A DNA stretch of 64,000 bases, taken from positions 126,411 through 190,410 of the forward strand of contig JAAOMT010000661.1 in assembly GCA_016748015.1 (NCBI GenBank), in the 5' to 3' direction. Positions within the stretch are counted from its first letter, which is position 1. Every line of letters begins with the position of its first letter. Below are positions 35,667-49,143 of this stretch, piece by piece. The notes beneath the pieces were generated by a model, which was not told the DNA's origin, did no database searches, and worked only from the letters and a program-made list of their open reading frames with translations. Made by a program: the position numbers and the translations under genes. Origin of the DNA: Geosiphon pyriformis uo1 (Eukaryota > Fungi > Glomeromycota).

Positions 35667-36464
35667 TCATCCACTCAGATTAAAAACTGATAATAGCATT
35701 TCCAGGTAAGATATTCTGTCTTGAAGTTCTGCAGTAGGGTCTGATAACAATTTCAGACCTTGAACTTGTAGCAGTTTATCAACAAAATTCTCCAAAAGAG
35801 CAACTCGATTTTCCAAGTTTTGAATCACTGAATTATTTTTCAAGAGAGAAACTTGATTTTCCATGTTTTGAAACCCTGAATAATTTGCCAACAGAGCAAC
35901 CAACGTTCCAGGAAACTCATAAGTTTCACTAGTAAGTGAATTTTCACGAATTGTTTCAGAGGTAATGGGAAAATTGTCGTTTTGAGGAAGATGGTTATTC
36001 ATTTCTGGATTACTCAATTGAATAGGACTTCCATTTTTTTTCGATATTTGAGATAAATAGGAAGATTGCATTGGGTGAAGAAACTCCCCGATTTGTGAAG
36101 AATCCGTCTTGTCTGGTACTTGGAAATGGCGAATTGGAAATAATGTTTGACAAATCTCATTAAATCGAACTTGGGCCTCAAAATGAAGTTCGTTGTATTT
36201 TGTCTTAACATGAAGTTTTTCCTTTCCCCAAAGGACCGACGCATAGGATGCCAGTGCACGCATTTTTGTAGCTCCAATATTCCTTTTAGTATATTCTTTT
36301 CGGAGGGCCATTAAGTATATCATGAATGCATTAGGAATTTTCGAAACTTTCCCAGCTTTCTCAAGTTTTTTAACTGCATTAAAAATTATATCTTCAATTA
36401 AAACTTGAGGTGGAAAGGAAGGTCGTCGAATATAGTCGATTCTGAGAGAATTTAAATTGGACAT
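35667..36464 (-). CDS. MATA-type HMG-box transcription factor with C-terminal heptad repeats
   Basis: KIPNAFMIY...ASVLWGKEKLHVKTKYNEL. First ATG in the ORF is at 36464. Confidence 0.88.
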   Translation of the reverse strand: MSNLNSLRIDYIRRPSFPPQVLIEDIIFNAVKKLEKAGKVSKIPNAFMIYLMALRKEYTKRNIGATKMRALASYASVLWGKEKLHVKTKYNELHFEAQVRFNEICQTLFPIRHFQVPDKTDSSQIGEFLHPMQSSYLSQISKKNGSPIQLSNPEMNNHLPQNDNFPITSETIRENSLTSETYEFPGTLVALLANYSGFQNMENQVSLLKNNSVIQNLENRVALLENFVDKLLQVQGLKLLSDPTAELQDRISYLEMLLSVFNLSG

Positions 36465-38124
36465 TCTCTGACAATTTTGGAGGGTATAGACAGAGGAGCT
36501 TTCGTTTAATAATAAATTACCCAATTTTAGAGGATTAAAACTGGACCCTGGTAAAAAAAACTTTCCAGCAAAATGTCTCTATTTATAAGATACAGGCTTA
36601 AAGTCCAAGAGTTTATCGGAAGAATTTTACCTGGTTTTAAAGACCAAATTAGGTCTCATAAGGTATTTTGTCGCGTTCAATTATTTCTCTCGGAAATCGA
36701 AACTTTATTTTCACGTACTATATGACGTGAGATTTATTAAAATTGGAATTTCTAAGAATCTGAAAACTCTTTCTAATTTCAATTGTTTTCGTCACAAGAG
36801 CCTATAATTAAAATTTTATACATAAACTTTTAGGAAACCATTTTAAAATTTTCAAAAGAAATCCGTAGCTCTAAATGAAGTTTCTAAAAAGCTTTTCCCT
36901 TGTTATAGGTAGGATAATTGATAAAATTGAAAATATCTATGCAGACAATGGGAAAATTATGTCACAAAAGGCGATCGCAATGAAAAGATTTCATTGTTCG
37001 GGTGTGGCTGTGCGTTGTAGACAAGATTGAATTTACCAAAAAAGAGTTGGTGATTGATTTGATCCCACATGTTCAAATACGATTTTATTGTATTTATCAG
37101 TGATAAAGTTAGAAAAAAAAAATATCAATTTTTTTTTATTTGAATCCAGTTATAGAATTAAAAGTTCTAAAATTATCAAAGTATTTTTAAACTGTCAACA
37201 TTTAAAAAGAAGTCAGCTTTTTCTTTAATTTAAGGGCAAATTAAGGTAGCGGATATGATTAATTTGGCAATCCCAGAGAATCTCTCAAATAGGATACATT
37301 TTTACACTATAAGTAAAAATATTTTCTGTGCGTTCTTTATTTTTTTTTTAATCTAAAATTTTTAGTATGACATATTTATTGATCATAATGATCATGATGA
37401 AGAAAAATCTAAAAAAGAAATAAGAAAATAAAAGTTTCAGAGGAAGCCTTAGCCTAAAAAAGGAATTCATGAATGGAAAATACTACGAAAATTTTAAGCA
37501 TGATTTTTTATCAAGTACAATCGTGAAGCTGAAACTCAATCTCGTTGAAATTATAAAGTTAGTAAGGTAAGATAAAATGTATTGTCCATAAATGTGCTCC
37601 AAAGTAAAAAGATCAGCAGATGACATTTATTATTTTCAACAAAGGTGCTTAGGTAATTAATTTTTTATTTTTGGTCACACATTTTTATAAAAACCATTTT
37701 TCGATTTTCTTCAAAAATATTTATTTAAAATGAAAGATTAAATATGCTCAGAATAAAATTTTAATTTCAAAGAAATTTATTTTTTATTTTAATACGAATT
37801 ATTATCTAAAAAATCTATAAAAAATAATCATTTGTATACAAAAAAAAAACTTGAACATTTATTTCCAAAACCATTGAAGAATGTTTATAAAATTTTTTAT
37901 TCGTGTTTTGAATCTCTGAGAGAAAAACGATTACTACGTTCCTAAATTTAGCTATGTTCAAAAAAAGTAATAAATTCATTTGTTGTCTATTATATTGTTT
38001 GAAATATATAAATTTGGGTTTGTGAAAAAAAAAATTTTATTTGTAATTGATTAGTAAAAATTTATCAGATTGTAAATTTTTTTTTAATAAAAACAGGAAA
38101 CCGTTTTTCGTAAAATTAAACGAT

Positions 38125-38210
38125 TTTCATCTATTAAAATAGAAATAATAGTAAATTTAATATTTTTTCATCCATTAAAATAGAAATATTAGTAAATTTA
38201 ATATTTTTTT
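38125..38210. repeat. ~41-bp tandem duplication
   Basis: TTTCATCYATTAAAATAGAAATAWTAGTAAATTTAATATTT twice. Confidence 0.8.
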
Positions 38211-40441
38211 CAAACCCATTTTAATCTTGTACACTACTTAAAATGAATTACTTTTTTCTAAAAAAAAAAAAAAGATTAAGACGAGCATTACTTAAATCAA
38301 TCCTTAATTAAAAATTTATAAAATAGTTTTTTACTTTGCTAGCATTCTATTTTATTCCCAAAAAAAAAAGAAACTATCTTATGATTCAAGAGTTCTTTTT
38401 AGAAGACAGGCTTTCATAAGAAAGATCATCTTTAAGCTAACAATTAAGTAAAATTCTCATTATATATTTTTGTATGTTGAACTTTTCATTATGCAGTGAG
38501 CTATAAATAAGTTTATTAAGTCTGGTGTCACAATTTGGTAGCCAATAGAATCTAACTAATTCTCTACAATTAACCCTTTTTTTCGGATAAATTTTCTGAG
38601 ACTATATTCATCGGAAAGTATAATTTTAAAAATTAAACTACCACTTTAGTGAAACATACTACACTTCTATTCATTTTAAAGATTAGATTTTATCAAATCT
38701 CATGATAGGCTAAAAATAGCTTCAAAGGTTTTTATGGTCTTAAAAGTAACAATCCATAAAGGATTAATCCGATATTCTAATTTCGAAGGTGTTTTTCAAT
38801 TTATTTAAAAAAGTAAAATAAAGGTTTATTTACCTCATAAAATCTCTTATTATCGATCAATTTTATTGTGAAAAGGTAAAAACCTTATATTAATATCATA
38901 CTTTTGTGCTCATAACAATATATTAATCTGACATTTGAAATAAAAAGCAAATTACAGTACCCACATTAGTTTTGTGTTGAAGAAAAAGCTAATCAGAGTG
39001 ATTATAGAAAAATTGAAATTGCTTTTTGGGAAATTCCTTTAGTCTTAAGTAAACCTTTTTTTAATATAAAGTTTAATCACTTTCGTAACTCATGAACCGA
39101 AAATCCGGAAAATCTTTTCCCAAGGAATACATATATGCTATAATACAATGTATGAGAGCAATACTCTTTGTTTTCAATCTATCCCCAAATATTGGGTATT
39201 TATTAAAACTTTTATTTAATAAATTGAACCAAACAGAATCGTTCAATTTTTACTTCAAGATGAATATTTCTCTAAAATTTCCGAATATATTCTAAAGAAT
39301 TAATATTTTGAATTTCACTTGTTAAACTTTTATGAAAATTCAATCATCTCCTCGTTTGACAGTAAGGTTTATTAAAGTAAGCCATTAGAAACTGAATAGT
39401 TTTACACAAAAGATACTCTGTTTTTTAAAAAAACTAAAAAAACTAGAAAATAACTGATTGATTTTTTAACTTCTTTAAATGAAATATTAGAAATACAACA
39501 AATAAAATTTATTATTATAAACTAAAACCTCAACTTCACTTTTTTAAATTGAAACCAAATAAATGTTCGGGTATTCTAATGACAATATGGAGTCTGGCGC
39601 AAGAAATGAACAAATGTACGTATTTTAAACCTCTAACCATTAATTTTTTTGAAGAAATCTTTTAATAAGAAAATCTTTCCTAAAAAGTATATTTGAATGG
39701 TCATTTATCATGCACGGACAAGTGATTTTAGACTAGTAGTGAATATGCTTAACCGTATATATCGGTCATTAGTTCCGACTCTTTCCAATAATATTTGAAC
39801 TTTTTTTGTTAATAGAAAGTTGGGAAATTTGAAACGTTCAAATTATGCTCTTTTTTCCTTTATTAATGGTGTTGGATGATTCTGGATATAAAATTAAAAA
39901 ATTAAATTTTTCGTACCTTATTATCCTTAATAAATTCAATATTTTTATTTCTTTAATAATGTTTTTTAACAATTTTCTTTAATTTTGTGAAATCTGACTC
40001 ATGTTTCGGAAATTAATCCGGCTTTCCAAGAAAGATTTATCCTCGTTATTTTCTAAATAAAAGTTAACTAAATATTATGAAGCTATTATTCAAAAAGATT
40101 AAAAAAATTTTTAAGTTTCAAGTTTTAGGCTTTAACGCGCGACAAAAAGGAGGAATTATCGTAAAAAAGCAAAGATTGAATTTAATTTTTTTTATGCCCT
40201 TTTTTAGAAAAATTATAAAATAGTTTTTTATAATGACAAATTTAAATGTAAAAATAATAAAATTCCCCTCATAGATCAATTTTTTTTTCTACATTTTTTT
40301 CCAAATTTATATCTTTATTTAAATAAATTTATTATTATTACTAAATCTTAGATGATCTTATCATAGAATCTTGAGCTAAACTATTTTTGGAACAGGTATT
40401 ATAATCAAAAAAACATATATTCTAGCTGTAAGAAATTTGAT

Positions 40442-41239
40442 CTAATTTTCATCTTGTAAAAGAATTAATAAGATATTCTCTAGGAATGAAACTCTTTCTT
40501 CAAGATTTCCCGGTGGTGGAAACTTAATGAACCTCCTTTTTACAGCAAACAAAGATTCGATTGCGTTCTCGAGAATTATAATCCGATATTTCAATTGATA
40601 TTCGTCATATTGTTTGGATATACTTTTTTCAGAAAGTATAGGAAAATTCTGAGAAATAATTTGAATTCGGCTTAGTTCAGGTGGAGAAGGAGATATCACT
40701 TTATGAGTTGTTGGATTTAAATGATTTTCAAATGAAAAAAAATTAGGATCATCGTGACTTTCAAAACCCATAGGTGATGAAGATCCCATATTAAGTGAAT
40801 CTTGCCAAATAATATTTGCTTTTCCATAAGGAAAAATCTCTTCAGTTGCTATACAATTATTGGAATTTTCATAATAAGAAGGAATAATTGGAGGTGTAGT
40901 AGCTTTTGATATTTCATCAAGTCTTTGTTGAGCCTTCATTGTTAGTTGATAATACACATCTTTAACATGGGTAGGTTCCTTCGTCCAAAGGTATCCGGCG
41001 ACACAGGATAAATGGCGCATTGCAGGACGTTGATTTTTTTTAATGAATTCTTTTCTTACTTCTTTTCTATAAATTATAAAAGCGTTTGGGATTCTTCCGA
41101 ACTTTCCAGTTTTTTGAAAATTGATCAAAGCACTCGATATGAATTCGTCGATTGTCAAGTTGGTTGGAAACTTTGGAGAAAAGGTTTCAAAATTTTTATC
41201 CATATCTAAAGCTACTTTATTTGATTTAGAATCTGTCAT
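40442..41239 (-). CDS. MATA-type HMG-box transcription factor with C-terminal heptad repeats
   Basis: GRIPNAFIIYRK...VAGYLWTKEPTHVKDVYYQL. First ATG at 41239. Paralogous to 35667-36464. Confidence 0.9.
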   Translation of the reverse strand: MTDSKSNKVALDMDKNFETFSPKFPTNLTIDEFISSALINFQKTGKFGRIPNAFIIYRKEVRKEFIKKNQRPAMRHLSCVAGYLWTKEPTHVKDVYYQLTMKAQQRLDEISKATTPPIIPSYYENSNNCIATEEIFPYGKANIIWQDSLNMGSSSPMGFESHDDPNFFSFENHLNPTTHKVISPSPPELSRIQIISQNFPILSEKSISKQYDEYQLKYRIIILENAIESLFAVKRRFIKFPPPGNLEERVSFLENILLILLQDEN

Positions 41240-41969
41240 CGTCACTGAATGTTTTTTTTTTGTTTTCTGGATAAGGGTGTTCAAAAATTTCTTGACACTA
41301 ATATGGTGTATTAAGACCTTTAATATTAATATTTGAATTAAAATTTTTCATAAAGAATTGAAGTAGTGTCATTTCTCAATCTCTCTCAAGCAAAGAGTTT
41401 TCTATGAACTTTTAAACATGTTTTACCTTTGGACACTTGATTGTTTATATATATTTTTTTTATGAGTGGGCTGTGGTGATTATTAGATCTTACAATAAAA
41501 TTTATTTTAATTTTAAAATATAATTCACTCAACTTCTAATTCACATTTTATACGGAAACCTCGGATTTCATTGTCATTCCAAAATTGGAAATTTTAAATA
41601 GTCCCCACGTTCTGTCGTTGGTTTGGGGGGGGGGGAGGGAAAGGGGGAGAGAAAGGAGGAGGGTAAATATACTAAGAATTTTCGAATACACAATCAAAAT
41701 AAATTTGATCTAAACTTCTTTCAATTAAGGAAGGTTTTTTGGCACAATAATAAAATGAAGTTTATGCTGTCTTAATAGCCATAAATTGCTTACGCTCGTT
41801 AAAATTTTTAGAGGCTTAACAATATTGAAAATTTGTAGTCAAAATAAGTAAAATAAGGTTCATTGGATTGACAGTATTCAAAATTGAAAATCAAAAACTT
41901 TAACATTAAAATATCCTTATTTAATTATTTTGTCGTTCAATACAAAAATTCAGATAGAAGCCGTGACTC

Positions 41970-42020
41970 TTATTATTATTATTATTATTATTATTATTGT
42001 TGTTGTTGTTGTTGTTGTTA
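41970..42020. repeat. Compound (TTA)n(GTT)n microsatellite
   Basis: Direct reading. Confidence 0.9.
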
Positions 42021-43149
42021 TGATCCAACTACAGCCTAAGGATATGTAATAAAAAATATATATTACATATTAGGATCTTTTTACCAATTTCTTTAGAATC
42101 GATTTCTATTTTTATCTATGCTCTAGAGGTTTTTTAAAGTAATCATACTAAAATTATCTTTTATGTATCCGTGAGTTTATTGATCGCTTGAGCTACTAAG
42201 CTTACTAAAAGTGTTAAACAATTTCTGCTGTCTTGAAAGACCTCTTTCGTAGCGAACTTATTTTTTTTAGTGTTCGGATCAAAAAACTGTCTTTGGGATG
42301 GGTATAAATTGGCGGAAATTGTCAAGAGAACAAGTTAAAAGTTATTAATAAACTTTTCAATATTAGAAGACAGAAAATTTTCTGTCCAAATTTCACTTGG
42401 GGCATATTATGAAAACTATTTTTTAAAATGCCCTATTTCGGCCTTTGAAATGTACGATCGATTGTTTTTTGTCAAACTTTATTTGGAAGGTTCATTTGTA
42501 GAAATGTAAAACTATTCCCAATTTAGCACTGAAATGCCAAGCAATTAATTACAAGTTAAAGAACCTTTTTAAGCAATGTTAATGATTTCTTTTAAATGTA
42601 TTCTTAGTTATTCAACCTCAGTTTGTGGATAGATTATATTATAGTATCGAGCCCTGTGGCTGGATCAATTCCTTTCTTAGTTATTCCACCATATTATTAA
42701 AAAATAGTTTTTTTGAATATTTATAGCCATCTTTTTCTAGTTGCAAATAAATGACCCAACTAGCTTGTTTACCTTCTTTCGATTATTAATAATATGGTTA
42801 TTTTTGAATTTATAACAAATTCAAAATTTTTTATATAGTAAAATAAAAATTATGTTACATATTTCTAGCATACAAGAAAATGCTTCTTTAAAATGGGGAA
42901 TTTTTTATTTAAAAATTTCCTTCTTTATAATTTGTTTAACAGATGATGATTGTTAAAAAACTATGACATCAAGTTATCATGCATGCGTGCACGATTTTGT
43001 TGCATAATAATAATAATAATGATGTCACCTTCCATAAATGAGAAAATTAACGTTCCAGATTGTCCAGTTAAATACACTAAAACTACGCAAGTCACTTTGT
43101 GCCATGCAGCAAAAAAAAAGTTATTTCTTTTGGAAAATCAAGCAATTTA

Positions 43150-43960
43150 AGCGAGTATATTATTTATGACGTGTGTTATCTTTTCAGATGAAACGAGCAT
43201 AAAAATCGAAAAAAATTATAACAATGAAGGTATGGCATCATATAGAAGAAAAATTATTAATGTAAAATGTTTAACTCCAACTTTCAAGAGTGGTCGGAGC
43301 TCGATAATGGTTTGAAGATGTTTTATAAAAGAGATGAAGAATTTGTTAGTATTTTTTAACAAATACAAAGAAGAAAAAAAATAAAACTATGGATTGGCCA
43401 GCATCTCTCGCGACTTTAATCCTATAGAAGCTAATGAAGGTAATATTCAGAAACGCAAAAATTTTCCAAAGACTTAAGGCTGCTCTAAGAGAGGAATGGG
43501 TCTACTTTTACTTCAATTCTTCAAAAAGTTATAGACTCAATACCGCGAAGAATTAAAAAATTCTTGGATATGAATGGAAAGCCGACAAAATATTAAAATA
43601 TTCTAAAAAAATAATATAATCATGTATATATTTAAATTTTTATTTAATAAAAAGTTCGGGTGTTACTTTCTGAATTTACAACCAATAGTAAAATTTTCTG
43701 GCGATGGCATTGTGGGTATAAAAAAAGCAGTTACCAGATGATTTCATCGAAAAACCTTAAACGGTTTGATTTGGGTACACAAGGCATCATTTCCTAACAT
43801 TGAGGATCCCCAGACCTAAATCCGATTAAACACTTGTGAGATGAGGTCGATTGACGTTTTCGTCATCTACCTGGGCAAGCTCATAGCAAAACAAAGAGTT
43901 GTGGGAAAAATTCAAAACGTTTAGAAAAATATTGAATCCATGCCCAATACAGAAGGTGAT
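43150..43960 (+). pseudogene. Two adjacent Tc1 transposase relics
   Basis: VIFSDET (~43177), CLTPTFKSGRSSIMV*, MDWPA..DFNPIE (~43389), and a second PDLNPIKHL*DEVD at ~43809. Confidence 0.7.
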
Positions 43961-45209
43961 AACGTAATAGGAGCATAACACAATTATCGTGAGCAAGTCG
44001 AATAAATGCCATATTCGTTACTATTAACGATTTGATATAGAACCGACGAAAGATCTAATATATTTTTCAAACTATTCTTGACAAAGCCTGTTGTTATTTG
44101 TACATTGCGCTGGAGAAATTTAAAATAAAATATCACAGAGTTGTCAGCAATAGATAAAAAGATTTGTCACGTAAATATCTGGGTCTTTACAAACCAAAAT
44201 GAATCTATCACTTGTTTACTATTAATTAAAAAAGAAACCTTTTATGCCTGTTTATTAAGGATAAGTCTTTAAAAAATACCAGTATTAAAAAAAGCTTTCC
44301 TTTTTAGGCGCATTAATGTAATTTGAAATTATTGAAGCATTTCCACGAGACGAATTTCCAAATCTTTATGTACTCCTTCTTGTACCTAAGAATCTTCAAT
44401 GTCGTTCTTGGTCATTTAATATGTTACGATCAAAAATTAAATTTCTTACAAAATTGGCATCATCGCCAGATGATAAATATGACTTTGAAAATTGTGTAAT
44501 TAAAAGTATGTCCGATTTTTATGATTTTTGAATTCATAAATTAACCTGTAAAGAGTGAAAAGTAGGTAATTAAATATTGAATCTAAGCTAAAAACCAAAA
44601 AAAAAAATTATTTATTCTAATTTCAAGCAGAATATTTTTGATAAATATGGGAGGAAATATTATAATGTCTGAAAGGAAACATATGAGTAGTCTTAGTAAG
44701 AAAAGCCAAAAAATAATAACTACCATTCTGTACATTGGCTCATCGACCTTAAACGCTCCTATTAAAGATACTGCTATGACAGAGAAACCAATAGGAAAAC
44801 TTTAAACATATCTATACAATCTCCCCTTTAGAAGCTGGTAATCTCGAGTTCATCCGAAATTAAAAAATAATTTCCAAGTCTTATTTTTATAAGGCCTAGC
44901 TATTGAATTAGAACCTTATAGTAATTGCAATTTTTAAAAATAACTTTCTAATAGAAAAAATTCATTTAATTGATAAAAAACTCAATAAATATTTTGAGTT
45001 TAACATTGAACAGTTTATCATATTCTCGTAAAAATGATTGATCTAAAAAAAGCATCATATCTCAACTGGTGTTTGGCATGATGAATAGATATCAATAAAA
45101 AGCTAATTAATGTGATATTCAAGCATCCAAAATAATATATATGTTAGTGGGATTAAAAAAAATAGATTTTACATATATGTTTGACAGCTTGAAAATATTT
45201 TTTACCATC

Positions 45210-45938
45210 ATGCTTTATGAAATTTTTCGATTTAACTTGATATTCCTCCTTTTTTCTTATGCTTATGCCCAAATAGAAGATCCAAAAACCGCTTACATGC
45301 CTCAAAATCTTGGACCAACAAAACTCAAAGATAAAAATCCTTTATTCAATGTTAATACGCAATGGGAAATTAATGATCGTCATTGTATGGATGTTTTGAC
45401 ACCACCCCCAAATTCCGTTCTCGTTCCATATTACGATGTTTGGATTCGTTGGAACAAAACTGAAGAATGTAATCCTATTATACCGTTAACAAATTTCGAC
45501 ATCACTCTTTATAACGATCTTAAAAGTTCAGGGAATCTACAAAATCCTAGGGTCAAGTCGGCTTGGGATAAACCGATAGCCCGAGGAGTTCAAGAGTTTC
45601 AATATAAATGGAAGGTACCTTTGATCCCTGATGATGAGGTCAAGAATATTAGCTTGTATTACATTCGTGTTTCTACTCAAACGAACATCAATAGTGGAAT
45701 GTATACGGTTTTTGGAGTTACTGGACCTTTGACAATTTGGACAACTCCTGATAAAGAAAACAAAACTCTTTTCAGCCCTCCAGAAATTAAAGATATTAGA
45801 ACAAATAAGACTGAGAAAATAGGAAAGTTTGCAAGTGAATGTAATAACTTTATTTCAGAATTACGCCTTGGAATTCTGTTCAATTTAGTAATATCTTGGT
45901 CTTTAATCGCTGCTAGTGTAGCATTTTTTTTCTTGTAG
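45210..45938 (+). CDS. Secreted, GPI- or TM-anchored cell-surface protein (possible Kre9/Knh1-like Ig-like domain)
   Basis: Signal peptide MLYEIFRFNLIFLLFSYAYA from ATG 45210, beta-rich core (VLTPPP...IRW...FDITLYN...YKWKVP...YYIRV...TGPLTI), N-glycosylation sequons and a hydrophobic C-terminus. Confidence 0.75.
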   Translation: MLYEIFRFNLIFLLFSYAYAQIEDPKTAYMPQNLGPTKLKDKNPLFNVNTQWEINDRHCMDVLTPPPNSVLVPYYDVWIRWNKTEECNPIIPLTNFDITLYNDLKSSGNLQNPRVKSAWDKPIARGVQEFQYKWKVPLIPDDEVKNISLYYIRVSTQTNINSGMYTVFGVTGPLTIWTTPDKENKTLFSPPEIKDIRTNKTEKIGKFASECNNFISELRLGILFNLVISWSLIAASVAFFFL

Positions 45939-48900
45939 ACCAATAAGATGAAAATTCTTTTTTTGAATTCATTTCATAAAACAAACCAATTTAAACCTTT
46001 TATTTTGTTCAATCAGGAAAGATTTGAAGAAATTTTTCAGTATTTGAACATTATATTTTAAACTTAGAATATCCAAATAGATTGTTTGGTAAAATTATTA
46101 GCATTTAATGTTTTCTTTAAATAGTTTATGATTCTGAAAGAGTTCTCAAGAGTCACTTAATATTTTATAAATTGCATATAATTTTTATGAAGAAAAAATT
46201 TTCATTCTTCATTTTTTAGAACCATCGATAAGTTTAAATTATGTAAAATAATGCCACAGTTTTGATGAGTTTTGAAGAGATGCCAAAATATTAATAAATT
46301 CATAAAATACTTGCGCTTTTGATACTTTCTTTCGAAAGATTCAAGATACAATCTATTTGAAAACATTCTCAAAAAATGAAGGACCAATTAAAAAAAAGGG
46401 GTAAATAGTAAAAAAAAATTTTCGTTTGTTTGTATTTTTACGCAAAATAGAAAATTTAGCCTAAAAAAAGAAATTTCCATTGATATTGAATTACTTAGAA
46501 TTTCATATTTTAAATGATTGGCCAAGCCGACGTTTTCAAGATAAATTTTCCGTATAATTTGTAAGACATGATTTTATAGCATTTTCGTAATTAAAAAAAA
46601 ATTATCCCTATTTTAAGTGGTAAAACTTCATTCAACCTATATTAGGATATTTAAACTTTATTTTCTTTTAATCACTGTAGTTTGGTAAGAAAATATGCAA
46701 GCAAAACAAGATTAAATTTAATTCGGAAAAGATATGATCTTCTGATCCAACTGTGTTACCATCATGCTTTAAAAGCTTTTTGGTGGACATAACAATTTTT
46801 ATTTGTTCATTTCATTGAGTAACATAACTCTCAGAGATTATTTAGAAATAGAAAAACTATCTTATAAATAAAGAATACACTGGTGAAATTGTGTTTGTGA
46901 ACCAATTTTGTTTGATGTCTATTTTTTCTATTCAGGGTTGTGAATAGTGATATGCCATGCTATTCTATGTAATAAAATTATCTCCACTTAAACAACTATA
47001 GCCATGATGTATTAGCAAGCTGAATTAATTTATGAAATCCTTAAATTAGTAAAGGAAAATAGTTATTTAGATATTGATTACTATTCAAAGCTAATATGGA
47101 ATGCTCAAATTTATGGATTACTTTTGTTTTAACACCAAACCCTAAGCCTAAATTTCATCTCAACAATAAATACTCCAAATTAAATTTAATTCAAATAGAA
47201 TTTAAATACTTTCTGATTGTGTACAACACTTTGTGACTGTAGCTAGAATAGAATTTTCTCGAAAAAATCTATACTAAAATTTTCTGAAATTTTTAATGCA
47301 TAAAAATGATTAGAATGGTTTATTCATAAACATCTATAGCCTTATTTTTTCTAAGATCTTAATATTTATTAAAAATAATTTTTAATAACACTATTCATAA
47401 AAGAAATATTCTGTAACCAAAATTTTTTAAGGAGAACAAGATGAATTTTCGATTGCCTTTTTGTTAATTAAGTAGCTTCTTTATGTTAGAGCAAAAGTAT
47501 TATATTTGTCGTTTTTTTTTTTAATTTTAATGAGAATATATTCAGAATTAATATACATGGAAACTTCTTTCATAATAATCAATTTCTCTTTAATTAAAAA
47601 TTCTCTTGCATTAATATTATTTATAATTAATTTTAAGTTTTCTTATTATGGAACCAATATTTCGTCGTGTGGGGTGACATTAATTGTTAAAATTACTAAA
47701 ATTTATTTTCATAATAATCACAATTTAATAACAGTGAACATTTTCGACAAATTTATTCATCAAATCGTTTCATTGGCAGTGAACCTTGACGACAAAGTCT
47801 TTTTTACACTTGATCGGTTATTATTTTTTGCTATTATTACCAGTACAGAAAATTTTTTACATCTTGAGCCGAAAATTGAAAAATATTTTTGTTCAATTTT
47901 GAGAAAATTCTTCGGCCATCTTTTGAAACACGGGAAAATTTTCAAAAAAAAGGACAACGATTTTTGAGAACAATGAGAACTTGAAATGGTAAAAATATAC
48001 GATCATTGTGATATTCATCATGCATTCTGCGTGAATCATGTCGATCTATATCGTTTTACCTTAACTGGAGCAATTTTGTATTGTTAATCTATATTTTAGG
48101 TTAATAAGCAACCTTGAAAAATCAAATCAAATTTATCGTCATTTTGATGAAAAACTTTTCTTATGTTCCTTTTAAATGTTATCAGTTCATTATTAAACTT
48201 TAAATATTAATGATAAAGAATGAAAAACAGGAAATTACTAAATATATTCTAGGCGGGAAAATTTTTTCCATCAAAGGACGACCTTTGTATGCATAAAAAA
48301 CCATGTGTTTATCAATGCAAGCAACTCATATGACTTAATCAGATATGTTAAAGACTTGAGCGAAGTTTTGGTTCTGAAGAAATTTTAGGTTCAAATTTTT
48401 TTATTAAATTATGCATTTATGCAGAACACTGCTATGTTAATGATTTTAAATTCAAATCTTCTGCATTTAATTTAAACTTTCAAAAAACTCCCAATAGCAA
48501 AAAAAATTTTTACTCTTATTCTAAACTGTGACTGACCGAAATCTTATTTAAATTAGATGATCCATGCATTATATCATTTTTCGTCATAAAAAACACGAGG
48601 TTAAAACATACTTTTAAAGAAAAAAATACGAGAAAACCAAAGCTCGAATAAATTGGGTCCACACTGACCATAAAGTTAATCTTAATAATAAAACGTTCCT
48701 ATAAAATTTTTTTAAAGTAAAAAGTGAATTTCTTACATAAATGTGCATCACATGAAAAACGTTCATGCAGTGGCGGAATTCCGGCGCCACAATTACTTCT
48801 TCTTTTGGATATTTTTTGCCGCTTCAAATATTTGTACTTTTCATTTTTGATTTTTCTCGGTTACCGTTGCATTTGAAAAAATCTTTTTGACTCCCAAATC

Positions 48901-49143
48901 TAATATCTTTTTACCTTGTAATTAATGTTGTGAGTCGAGATCTACAAGAAAATGCGAGAATCTTCGTCTAAGAATATTAACTAATAACAAGTCCCTGGCT
49001 TTTCAATTTCTATAAAATTATATTTTGGGATAGTTTTCTCCAAATATATAAACAGCAAGATTTCCTTAATCAATTCATTACAATTTCAAAGCTATCTTTT
49101 AGATAATTTTTTGGTTGAAGATTTTCTTTTATTTCTCTAAAGA

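Noticed and set aside
47506-47967. 153-aa ORF
   Set aside because: Non-ATG start, F/I/L/N/K composition typical of chance ORFs in AT-rich DNA, no motifs.
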